Made by a program: the position numbers and the translations under genes
Notes under the pieces: generated by a model
The model's database searches: none
What the model was told of the DNA's origin: nothing
Seen by the model: only the letters and a program-made list of their open reading frames with translations
Part shown: positions 1 to 7,529 of the stretch, piece by piece
Position numbering within the stretch: the first letter of the stretch is position 1
Layout of the letters: each line of letters begins with the position of its first letter
Source of the DNA: Candidatus Limnocylindria bacterium
Lineage (GTDB): Bacteria > Chloroflexota > Limnocylindria > P2-11E
Reading direction: 5' to 3'
DNA: 64,000 nt
Assembly (NCBI GenBank): GCA_035543375.1
Contig: DASZZF010000023.1
Span: forward strand, 9,538-73,537

Positions 1-551
1 CGCCCGCGTACTCGTACCAGGCGTGCGTCGCCGAGGTGCGCGTGGACCTCGAGACGGGTGTATTGACCGTGGATCGCATGGTCACCGCGCACGACTGCGG
101 CCGCGCGCTGAACCCCGTCAACGTCGAGGGCCAGATAGAGGGCTCCATGTACATGGGTTATGGCGAGGTCATCGGTGAGGAGCAGGTCTTCCGTGGCGGG
201 CTACACAAAAAGCCCTCGCTCCTCGACTACAAGATCCCGACGTCGCTCGACACGCCGCGGCTCGAAGCGATCATCGTCGAGAGCGTCGATGCCGAGGGCC
301 CCTACGGCGGGAAGGAGGCAGGCGAAGGCCCGCTCAATCCGGCGATCCCGGCGATCGCGAACGCCGTCTACGATGCCATCGGGATCCGCTTCGATGAGAC
401 CCCGATCACGCCGGACAAGATCCTGGACGCCCTCGCGAAGAAGAAGGTCCGCGTCGGCCCGACGGGTCTCGACGATGATCACGATGCCAAGGCGTCGCTG
501 CGCCGGCTGAACGCGTCGACCGACGCGCGTGAGCGCAAGCGCGATGCTTAG
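1..551 (+). CDS. xanthine dehydrogenase/aldehyde oxidase-family molybdopterin-binding large subunit, C-terminal fragment (5' end outside window)
   Basis: Frame of ORF 36..551 is open to the window edge. Translation (HDCGRALNPVNVEGQIEGS...GGKEAGEGPLNPAIPAIANAVYDAIG) has the conserved C-terminal Moco-domain pattern of CoxL/XdhA-type subunits. FAD subunit, MocA and XdhC follow. Confidence 0.85.
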   Translation, partial: PAYSYQACVAEVRVDLETGVLTVDRMVTAHDCGRALNPVNVEGQIEGSMYMGYGEVIGEEQVFRGGLHKKPSLLDYKIPTSLDTPRLEAIIVESVDAEGPYGGKEAGEGPLNPAIPAIANAVYDAIGIRFDETPITPDKILDALAKKKVRVGPTGLDDDHDAKASLRRLNASTDARERKRDA

Positions 552-1560
552 GCTCCCCCGATTCACGCTCCTCACGCCGGCGACGGTGAGCGAGGCCGCG
601 GGCATGCTGACGGAACACCGGGCGATCGAAGAGGACGCGGCGAAGATCGGGACGCCCGGCCTCACCGTGATGCTCGTGGCCGGGGGCACGGACCTCTACC
701 CGAATATGAAGCGGCGGCAATTCACGCCGCAGACGCTCATCGCGCTCGGCCGAGCGCTCTCACGTGACATCCGCAATGGGAGCGGCCTGCGAATCGGCGC
801 GGGCGCGACGCTCACCAGCGTGGCGGGTGACCCACGGGTGCAGCGCGGCTACCGTGCGCTCGCCGAGGCGGCGATCTCGGTGTCGACGCCGCAGCTCCGG
901 AACATGGGCACAATCGGCGGCAACCTCTGCCTCGACACACGGTGCAACTGGTACGACCAGTCGCTGTTCTGGCGGACGGCCGAGGGCATGTGCATGAAAA
1001 CGGATCCGACCGTCGTCTGCCGCGTGGCCCCGTCGAGTCCGCGCTGCCTCGCGGTGGCGAGCGCGGACACGGTGCCGGCGCTGCTCGCGCTCGGGGCCAG
1101 CGTGCGCGTCGCGAACGCGACCGGCGAGCGCGTCATGCCGCTCGCCGAGCTCTATCGCGATGACGGCCTCCGCCCGCTGACCATCGGCCGCGACGACATC
1201 GTCACCGAGATCGTGCTCCCGCCCGCCGACGGCTGGCGCAGCACGTACCTGAAGCTGCGCGACCGCGGGTCGTTCGACTTCCCGATCGTCGGCCTTGCCG
1301 CCGCCGTCCGGCTGGAGGGCGGCATCGTGCGCGAGGCGCGCATCGCGCTCACCGCCGTCGGATCGCGGCCGGTGCTCGTCAATGCGGCGGCAGCGGCACT
1401 CGTGGGTACGAAGCTCGAGGACGCGGCGATTGCGGCGGCTGCGGACGCCGCGCACAAGGTCGCGCGGCCGATGGACAACACGAGCGGGACGATCGCCCAG
1501 CGCAAGAAAACGGTCCCGGTCTTCGCGACGCGCGCGCTCGCGGCGCTGCGCCCGAACTGA
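544..1560 (+). CDS. FAD-binding (medium) subunit of xanthine dehydrogenase/CO dehydrogenase family
   Basis: MLRLPRFTLLTPATVSEA...VAGGTDLYPNMK is a CoxM/XdhB-like FAD_binding_5 pattern. ATG at 544 chosen over the track start 529 because it gives the family-typical N-terminus. Overlaps the large-subunit stop. Confidence 0.85.
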   Translation: MLRLPRFTLLTPATVSEAAGMLTEHRAIEEDAAKIGTPGLTVMLVAGGTDLYPNMKRRQFTPQTLIALGRALSRDIRNGSGLRIGAGATLTSVAGDPRVQRGYRALAEAAISVSTPQLRNMGTIGGNLCLDTRCNWYDQSLFWRTAEGMCMKTDPTVVCRVAPSSPRCLAVASADTVPALLALGASVRVANATGERVMPLAELYRDDGLRPLTIGRDDIVTEIVLPPADGWRSTYLKLRDRGSFDFPIVGLAAAVRLEGGIVREARIALTAVGSRPVLVNAAAAALVGTKLEDAAIAAAADAAHKVARPMDNTSGTIAQRKKTVPVFATRALAALRPN

Positions 1561-2132
1561 TGCGCAGCGTCGCCGTCGTGCCGGCGGCCGGCAGCGCCGA
1601 GCGCTTCGGCGGACGGAAGCTCCTGACACCCATCGATGGCGAGCCGCTGCTGGATCGGACGATCTCCTCGCTCCTGAACGGCGGCGCGGACCAGGTCATC
1701 GTGGTGCTCGGTCCTGGGTCCGACGAGCTGACGCGAGACGTCAACGCGTTGTCCGATCCGCGCGTATGGTCCACCGTGAATCCGGATCCGGAGCGCGGGA
1801 TGTTCTCGTCGCTGCAGACCGGCATGGCGGAGGCCGAAGGAGACGCGCTGCTCGTGCTGCCCGGCGACATGCCGTTCGTCGAGAGCGCGACGGTCGCCAT
1901 CCTGCTGGCGGCCTACGCGAAGCGCGCGGCGATCGTCTCGCCCAGGTACCACGGCAAGCGCGGACATCCGGTCGTCCTGCCGCCGGCGCTGCGGGATGAG
2001 ATCCGCGCGGCCGATCCGGCGATGACGTTGCACGACATCCTGAAGCGTCACGCCGACCTGAGGATGGACGTCGATGTCAGCGACCGCGGGGTGGTGCGGG
2101 ACGTGGACCGGGTGGCAGACTTGACCGGATGA
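1560..2132 (+). CDS. mocA: MobA/MocA-like nucleotidyltransferase (molybdenum cofactor cytidylyltransferase-like)
   Basis: N-terminus VVPAAGSAERFGGRKLL..IDGEPLL is typical of MobA/MocA. TGATG 1-nt overlap with the upstream gene. Sits between the XDH FAD subunit and XdhC. Confidence 0.7.
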   Translation: MRSVAVVPAAGSAERFGGRKLLTPIDGEPLLDRTISSLLNGGADQVIVVLGPGSDELTRDVNALSDPRVWSTVNPDPERGMFSSLQTGMAEAEGDALLVLPGDMPFVESATVAILLAAYAKRAAIVSPRYHGKRGHPVVLPPALRDEIRAADPAMTLHDILKRHADLRMDVDVSDRGVVRDVDRVADLTG

Positions 2133-3244
2133 GAGAGGTGTACGCGCGGATGGCCGAGCTCGAGCGCGAGCGGCGCCGGTTCGCGGTAGCGACGGTCGTC
2201 CGCACGGTCGGCAGCACGCCACAGGTCGTCGGGGCGAAGATGCTCGTCGACGACCTTGGTCGCACGTTCGGTACCCTGGGCGGCGGCTGCGTCGAGGGCG
2301 ATGCGTTCGAGGAAGCGAAGCGCGTGCTCGGCGAAGGCGGCTCATCGCTCCGCGAGTACGAGCTCACCGAGGACCTCGCGTGGGATACCGGCCTTGTGTG
2401 CGGCGGAACGATGTGGATCCATATCGAGCCGGGCGACACGGCGCTCCACGTGGGCGGGCGGGATCTATTGGGCGACATGCTCGCCGCATCGTCGACCGGG
2501 CGACCCATCGGACTCGCCACCCTCCTGCGAAAGAACGGACGCGAGGTGACCCCCGCCGGGCGCATCTACGTCGAGCACGACGGGGCCACCGGCGGTTCGC
2601 TCGGCAACGGCAGCCTCGACAAACGCGCACGGGCGATCGCACTCGACGCGCTCCGCGCCGGGACGGCCCGCACGACCGCGCTCGACGACGAGACCGAGCT
2701 GCTCGTCGAGCCGGTCCTCGCGAAGCCGCATCTGGTCATCGCGGGCGGCGGGCACGTGGGGCTTGCCATCGCGAAGCTGGGCGTGCCCCTCGACTACGAG
2801 GTCACGGTCATCGACGATCGCCCGGAGTTCGCCGCGCGCGAGCGCTTCCCGGACGGTGTCGAGGTGGTGCGCGCCGACATGGCCCAGGCCCTTGGCACGC
2901 TGCCGATCGGTTGGAACTCGTTCATCGTCGTCGCGACGCGGGGTCACAAGCTCGACGCGCAGTGCGTCCGCGCGGCGCTCGGCACCCCCGCGCGGTACGT
3001 CGGGCTCCTCGGAAGCAAGCGCAAGACGATCCTCATCGAGCGGATGCTGCGCGAGGAAGGCACCGATGAGGAGCGGATCCGCGCGGTGCACGCTCCGATC
3101 GGACTTGACCTTGGGGGCCGGACGCCGGCCGAGATCGCGCTCTCCATCCTCGCCGAGCTGTCGCAGGAGCGCTACGGCGGCTCCGGCCGGCCGCTCCGGA
3201 TCGGCGATGATCTCTACGAGCGGGCGGTCCGCCGGCCGGCGTGA
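2129..3244 (+). CDS. xdhC: XdhC/CoxI-family Moco insertion accessory protein
   Basis: Two-domain pattern: N-terminal XdhC_CoxI (VVRTVGSTPQVVGAKMLV...GGGCVEG), and a C-terminal Rossmann part (HLVIAGGGHVGLAIAKL). ATGA overlap with mocA. Confidence 0.85.
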   Translation: MREVYARMAELERERRRFAVATVVRTVGSTPQVVGAKMLVDDLGRTFGTLGGGCVEGDAFEEAKRVLGEGGSSLREYELTEDLAWDTGLVCGGTMWIHIEPGDTALHVGGRDLLGDMLAASSTGRPIGLATLLRKNGREVTPAGRIYVEHDGATGGSLGNGSLDKRARAIALDALRAGTARTTALDDETELLVEPVLAKPHLVIAGGGHVGLAIAKLGVPLDYEVTVIDDRPEFAARERFPDGVEVVRADMAQALGTLPIGWNSFIVVATRGHKLDAQCVRAALGTPARYVGLLGSKRKTILIERMLREEGTDEERIRAVHAPIGLDLGGRTPAEIALSILAELSQERYGGSGRPLRIGDDLYERAVRRPA

Positions 3245-3582
3245 CGATCCCGCCACTGATGAAGGCGCGGGCCGACCGGCAGATGGCGCGGTTCTGCGCC
3301 ACGCACCTACCGGTGCGCGCACGCACGCAGGTGCGGCTGGAGCACGCGTGGCGCGGCAACGATGTGACGCTCATCGAGCGACGTGCACCGTGGGATAGCC
3401 GCGGCGACTGGACGAGTCAGCCGATCGCGCGGTTCCGCTACGACGCGACCCCGCCCGCTTGGCGCGTGTTCTGGCAGCGCGCGAATGGCCGATGGCTCGA
3501 GATCGAGGGGCTGGGCAGTGCAGATCTCGGCGTAGCGCTGGCTGCCGTGGGCCGTGACCACAGTGGCGTCTTCTGGGGCTGA
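3241..3582 (+). CDS. DUF3024-like hypothetical protein
   Basis: 113-aa ORF with GTGA overlap to the xdhC stop. The pattern RF..T.LP...R..VRLE...RGN.VTL.ERR.PW resembles DUF3024. Assignment is from memory of the family only. Confidence 0.55.
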   Translation: MTIPPLMKARADRQMARFCATHLPVRARTQVRLEHAWRGNDVTLIERRAPWDSRGDWTSQPIARFRYDATPPAWRVFWQRANGRWLEIEGLGSADLGVALAAVGRDHSGVFWG

Positions 3583-3721
3583 CCGCTAGAGATCGCGAGT
3601 GACGCGCACCTCTTCGCCACGCATGTCGGTGATTCTCGGCGCGACGAGACCATCCCGGATACGAGGCGGAGAGGCACGGCTTGCCGTCGAGCCCGTCCTG
3701 GACCGCGTCCGAGCGGAGCTC

Positions 3722-4807
3722 CTAGTGCGCCGCGCCCGCGAGCGCCCTGTAGCTGCGGGATCGGCCGCGGCCGACGATCGCGATCCGGCCGGCCCGCGCG
3801 AGCGCGTTCAGGTCGGCGAGCGCGGTGACCTGGGTGACGCCGCATCGCGTCGCCGCGGTCCGGCTCGTCCAGACCGTCCCGCGCTCGGCCTCCTGGAGCA
3901 AGAGCGACCGGCGGGCGGTCGCGTCGAGCATCCGCGGCCGGCCGCCGTAGGTTATGGGGATCTCACCGATCGCGCGCTCGTCCAGGAGCGGCAGCGCCCG
4001 CGGCGCGTCGATCCGCGCCGAGGCCGCCAGCCACCGATAGGCCCATTCCTCCGCGAGCTGCCGCGTCTCAGCGAACATCCACGACACCCGAGGGTGCTCG
4101 GCCTGAAGCGCCGCGAGCACGTTCAGCAGCCACCCCGGTCGCGTTCGCTCCCCGGCCTTCAGCACGTCGCTCAGCCGGCCCTCGACGACGAGCGCGGCAT
4201 GCCGCGTCTGGCCGAGCTCGGCGAGCGCAAGGCCGAGCTGCCCACCGATGGCGGCGGTGGCGAGATCGGCCGGCGTCTTGCGCTCGACCACCGCGACGAT
4301 CTCATCGTCGCGGACGAGCGCGTAGTCGCCCACCGGCAGCGACCGCCGCTCGGTCGTGACCTCGCGCCCGGCGAACCGCCACGGGTACTTCTCGGCCAGA
4401 TCCACGACGATCGAAAGCCGCTCGCCGAAGCCCCGCGCGAGCGGCACGCGGATGCCCGGCCGGGCACGACGCATCGACGCGTCGGACCGCCAGAACACGA
4501 GCGTCCGCTCACCCTTCTTCGTCCAGACGAACAGCGAGCGTCGATTCGCGCGGCGCCTGAGGACCAGATGGACCGCGGCGCCGACGCGCCAGCAGGCTTC
4601 GATCGGCACCTCATCGATCACGTCAGCCTCATCCGGCCAGCTGGGGAGCTGATAGCAGAAGACATCGGTTCCACGCGGCCAGGTCTCCCGAGCCGCGAGG
4701 AAGATCCGTCCCTCGCCCGAGACCGGCAGCCGCAACACGTACGGCAACCTGGTCCCAGCGCCCGGAAACCGGCCGATCCAGAACCTCGGCTCGTCGGGAT
4801 CCGCCAT
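3722..4807 (-). CDS. ERCC4 (XPF/Mus81-type) nuclease-domain protein with an unknown N-terminal domain and a C-terminal winged-helix-like tail
   Basis: Contains the GDY...ERK..DL nuclease signature (LPVGDYALVRDDEIVAVVERKTPADL). Start trimmed to ATG 4807 (MADPDEPRFW), because the upstream part of track ORF 3722..5551 overlaps the vapBC genes on the other strand. Confidence 0.7.
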   Translation of the reverse strand: MADPDEPRFWIGRFPGAGTRLPYVLRLPVSGEGRIFLAARETWPRGTDVFCYQLPSWPDEADVIDEVPIEACWRVGAAVHLVLRRRANRRSLFVWTKKGERTLVFWRSDASMRRARPGIRVPLARGFGERLSIVVDLAEKYPWRFAGREVTTERRSLPVGDYALVRDDEIVAVVERKTPADLATAAIGGQLGLALAELGQTRHAALVVEGRLSDVLKAGERTRPGWLLNVLAALQAEHPRVSWMFAETRQLAEEWAYRWLAASARIDAPRALPLLDERAIGEIPITYGGRPRMLDATARRSLLLQEAERGTVWTSRTAATRCGVTQVTALADLNALARAGRIAIVGRGRSRSYRALAGAAH

Positions 4808-4862
4808 CCCGGCAGGATGCCAGACCCTCGGAGCAGGCCCGTGGACCGCATGGCGGACCAAT

Positions 4863-4878
4863 GGATATCCGTATATCC
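4863..4878 (+). promoter_or_regulatory. AT-rich repeat GGATATCC-GTATATCC directly upstream of vapB (candidate operator and -10 region)
   Basis: GGATATCC is self-complementary and is followed by the near-repeat GTATATCC, 9 nt before the vapB ATG (4887). It is an AT-rich island in a GC-rich background. RHH antitoxins typically autoregulate through such repeats. Confidence 0.3.
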
Positions 4879-4886
4879 TCACGGCG

Positions 4887-5135
4887 ATGGCCAAGATCCT
4901 GGTGTCGATGGACGAGAGGCTCGTCGCGCGAGTCGACCGGGCCGCCCGCAGGCTCGGCGTCAGCCGAAGCGCATACCTTGCACGGCTCGCCGCGCGGGAT
5001 CTCGGGGCTGAGCACGGACCGGGACGTGATCCACAGGTACGCGAAGCCCTCGCCTCTCTGGACCGCCTGTTCGCCGAGAACCCGACATCGGGCGATGTGA
5101 CGGAGATCATTCGGGAGATGCGCGACTCCCGTTGA
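4887..5135 (+). CDS. vapB: ribbon-helix-helix (CopG/VapB-type) antitoxin
   Basis: MAKILVSMDERLVARVDRAARRLGVSRSAYLARLA is a classic RHH N-terminus. The stop overlaps the start of the downstream PIN gene. Confidence 0.75.
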   Translation: MAKILVSMDERLVARVDRAARRLGVSRSAYLARLAARDLGAEHGPGRDPQVREALASLDRLFAENPTSGDVTEIIREMRDSR

Positions 5136-5542
5136 TCGAACTCGCGCCGATGGAGCTCGTTCTGGACGCCTCGGTCATCGGGCGGTGGTTCGGACCCTCG
5201 CGCGATGCTCAGAGCGCTACAGTCCGGACTGATTTCGAAGCCGGACGGCTCGTCATCGTAGTGCCTCGTCTGCTGTTCCTCGAGCTCCTGAACGTCGCCG
5301 GGCGGCAGCGGCGCTGGGCGGAGACACAGTTGCTCGGGCTCGTCAGCCGATTGGTCGAAGCACGCTTCGAGGTGGTCGAACCGGACCTCCGCCGTGTCGC
5401 CGCATGGACAGCTCGCGGCCTCACCACCTATGACGCGACGTACGTCGCGCTCGCCGAGGAACGTGGGATCCCGCTCGTCACGAACGACCGCGAAATCCTC
5501 CGTATCGCCGGCGAGGTCGCGCGGCCAGTCAGCCCGCGGTAG
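5132..5542 (+). CDS. vapC: PIN-domain toxin (VapC family)
   Basis: LVLDASV...TYDATYVALAE...PLVTNDREI contains the conserved acidic PIN residues. TTGA overlap with vapB. An alternative ATG lies at 5150 (MELVLDASV). Confidence 0.8.
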   Translation: MIELAPMELVLDASVIGRWFGPSRDAQSATVRTDFEAGRLVIVVPRLLFLELLNVAGRQRRWAETQLLGLVSRLVEARFEVVEPDLRRVAAWTARGLTTYDATYVALAEERGIPLVTNDREILRIAGEVARPVSPR

Positions 5543-5583
5543 GCGGCTCACAGCGGGGAACTCGCCTCCGTTCTACTAAGCGA

Positions 5584-6051
5584 GTGCACGACGATCCGCT
5601 GACCTTCGGCCAGCTCCTCGAGCGCTACGAGCGCGAGCTGTTCGCGTACGCCATTCGCCTGTCCGGCCAGCGCGCCGACGCGGAGGACCTCTACCAGGAC
5701 ACGTTCCTCGCGGCGTTCCGGGCCTGGCCGCCACCGCGACGCGGCAACGAGCGGGCCTGGCTGTACAAGATCGCGACGAACCGGGCGATCGACCGCGAGC
5801 GGCGGGCGAAGCGGATCGTGGCGAACGTTGACGATCTCGCGATCGCGGCGCCCGAACGCGACGACGTGACGCTCGCTGATCTTGCCGGCGCGATCGAGCT
5901 GCTGCCGGCCGGGCAGCGCGCGGCGTTCGTCCTGCGTAAGGTGCAGGGCCTCGGCTACACGGAGATCGCGACCGCGCTCGACTGCACCGAGGTGGCGGCG
6001 CGGGCACGGGTGAGCGAAGCGTTGAAAAAGGTGAAGGCGGCGGTGGCCTAG
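5584..6051 (+). CDS. ECF-type RNA polymerase sigma-70 family factor
   Basis: Region 2 (DAEDLYQDTFLAAF...WLYKIATNRAID) and region 4 (LPAGQRAAFVLRKVQGLGYTEIATALDCTEVAARARVSEA) are both present. GTG start. Confidence 0.85.
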   Translation: MHDDPLTFGQLLERYERELFAYAIRLSGQRADAEDLYQDTFLAAFRAWPPPRRGNERAWLYKIATNRAIDRERRAKRIVANVDDLAIAAPERDDVTLADLAGAIELLPAGQRAAFVLRKVQGLGYTEIATALDCTEVAARARVSEALKKVKAAVA

Positions 6052-6669
6052 ATGGCAATCGACACGGTGGTGACGGAGGCGCGGGAGCGGCTGCTCGCGC
6101 GTGCGAAGAAGGAAGGGCTCACGACGGTCGGGTACGACCTGCTCGACTCGCCGCTCGGGCCGCTCTGGGTCGCGATCACGCCGAAGGGCGTTGCGACGAT
6201 CCATTACGGTGGCGAGCCGCCGGCCGTCGCGCTGCGGCGCCTCGTTCGCGTGTACGGGCCCGGCATCGTGCCGGACCACCGCCGGTCGAGCGCGCTGGCG
6301 CGTGAGCTCGACCAGTACTTCGCCGGTCGGCGCAGGGTCTTCGAGGTCGAAGCGGACCTGTCGGGCCTCACGCCGTTCCAGCGGCGCGTCCTCATGGCGA
6401 CCGCGAAGATCCCGTTCGGCGACGTCATGACCTATCGCACGATCGCGAAGCGCGCGGGCAACGAGAAGGCGTCGCGCGCGGCGGGTGGCGCGCTCGGCGC
6501 GAATCCGGTCCCGATCGTGGTGCCGTGCCACCGGGTCGTCGCGACCGACGGGTCACTGGGCGGATACGCGGGTGGCCTCGACGCGAAGCGGACACTGCTC
6601 GCGATCGAGCGCGGCCAGGATGTGCCGGCCGGAGGCTGGCCCCCGGCGCGGCGGAGGACTGCGCCCTAG
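6052..6669 (+). CDS. ogt: methylated-DNA--protein-cysteine S-methyltransferase (Ogt/MGMT)
   Basis: TPFQRRVL....IPFGDVMTYRTIA....ASRAAGGALGANPVPIVVPCHRVV carries the PCHR active site and has a full N-terminal domain. The ATG directly follows the sigma-factor TAG stop. Confidence 0.9.
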   Translation: MAIDTVVTEARERLLARAKKEGLTTVGYDLLDSPLGPLWVAITPKGVATIHYGGEPPAVALRRLVRVYGPGIVPDHRRSSALARELDQYFAGRRRVFEVEADLSGLTPFQRRVLMATAKIPFGDVMTYRTIAKRAGNEKASRAAGGALGANPVPIVVPCHRVVATDGSLGGYAGGLDAKRTLLAIERGQDVPAGGWPPARRRTAP

Positions 6670-7529
6670 CCGAGGGCCAGCGCGATCACTCCCGCGACCA
6701 TCGTCGCGGCGGCGAGCGAACGCCGCCTGACGTCACGCTCGGCGAGCGCCCGCGCCCCGATCACGGCGCCGATGAGGATCCCGATCTCTCGCGCCGGCGC
6801 GACGTAGCTCACCGGACTGATGGAGAGCGCGGTCAGCACGAGGATGTACGCGAGCGGCGAGAGGGCCGCGACCGCGACGACGGCGCGGCGGTAGGCGTGC
6901 CAGGCCGCGCGCACCTCGCTCCAGCGGCGCAGTGCGACCGGCGTGAGGATGAGCGCGCGGCCGACGTTCGCGGTTCACTCGTACAGCATCGGCGGGATGA
7001 GCAGCACGCTGACCCCGCGCTTGTCCCAGAGCGTGTAGGCCGCGATCGTCACGCCGGTGAGGAGCGCCCACCCGACGACCGCTCGCATGCCGCGCGCCTG
7101 CAGGCGGCGCGGATCGCCGGCGAGCATGAACACGCCGATCGCGATGGCGACCGCACCCGCGATCGCGATGGGCGTCGGTCGCTCGCCCAGGATCGCGATC
7201 GCCGCGACGATCGAGAGCACCGGCCCGGTACCGCGTGCGAGCGGATACACGACCGAGAGATCGCCCACGCGATAGCCGCGCTGGAGGAACACGAAATACG
7301 CGACGTTGAGGGCGGCGCTGCCGAACATCCAGAGGACATCGGTGAGCACGGGGCGGGTACCCGTGATAAGGAGGACCGCGACCGCAAGCGGCGCATACAG
7401 CGGAATGGCGAGCGTGAGGCTGAGCCACAGGAAGGGCGCGCCCGCAGTGGCCGCGCGCTTCGCGAACAGGTTCCAGGTGGCGTGCGCGACGGCGGACGCG
7501 AGCACGAGCGCGAGCGCAAGCCCGGTCAC
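6666..7529 (-). pseudogene. EamA/DMT-family transporter interrupted by a single in-frame TGA (6975-6977)
   Basis: Track ORFs 6975..7529 and 6666..6914 are in the same frame. Hand translation across the junction reads ...PPMLYE*TANVGRALILTPVALRRWSEVRAAWH..., which is continuous with a roughly 10-TM DMT protein of 287 codons. Confidence 0.7.

Noticed and set aside
3722-5551. N-terminal extensions of several track ORFs. Examples are 3722..5551 (609 aa), 28998..31730 (910 aa), 53417..56002 (861 aa), 42173..44659, 25752..26996, 43834..45909 and 40381..42156.
   Set aside because: The extensions overlap well-supported genes in another frame or on the other strand, and they translate to low-complexity sequence. 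Internal starts that coincide with ATGA or GTGA overlaps or with SD motifs give family-typical N-termini.
5557-5561. A GGAAC motif upstream of the ECF sigma gene, considered as an autoregulated ECF -35 element.
   Set aside because: It lies only 22 nt before the GTG start, so a -35 at this position would put the TSS inside the coding region. No CGT-type -10 element occurs at the proper 16-17 nt spacing.
6975-6977. In-frame TGA of the DMT transporter read as selenocysteine or reassigned-codon decoding.
   Set aside because: TGA is used as an ordinary stop by most genes in this window. A membrane transporter has no redox site at this position. I see no obvious SECIS-like hairpin immediately downstream. 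A nonsense mutation or a sequencing error is more parsimonious.
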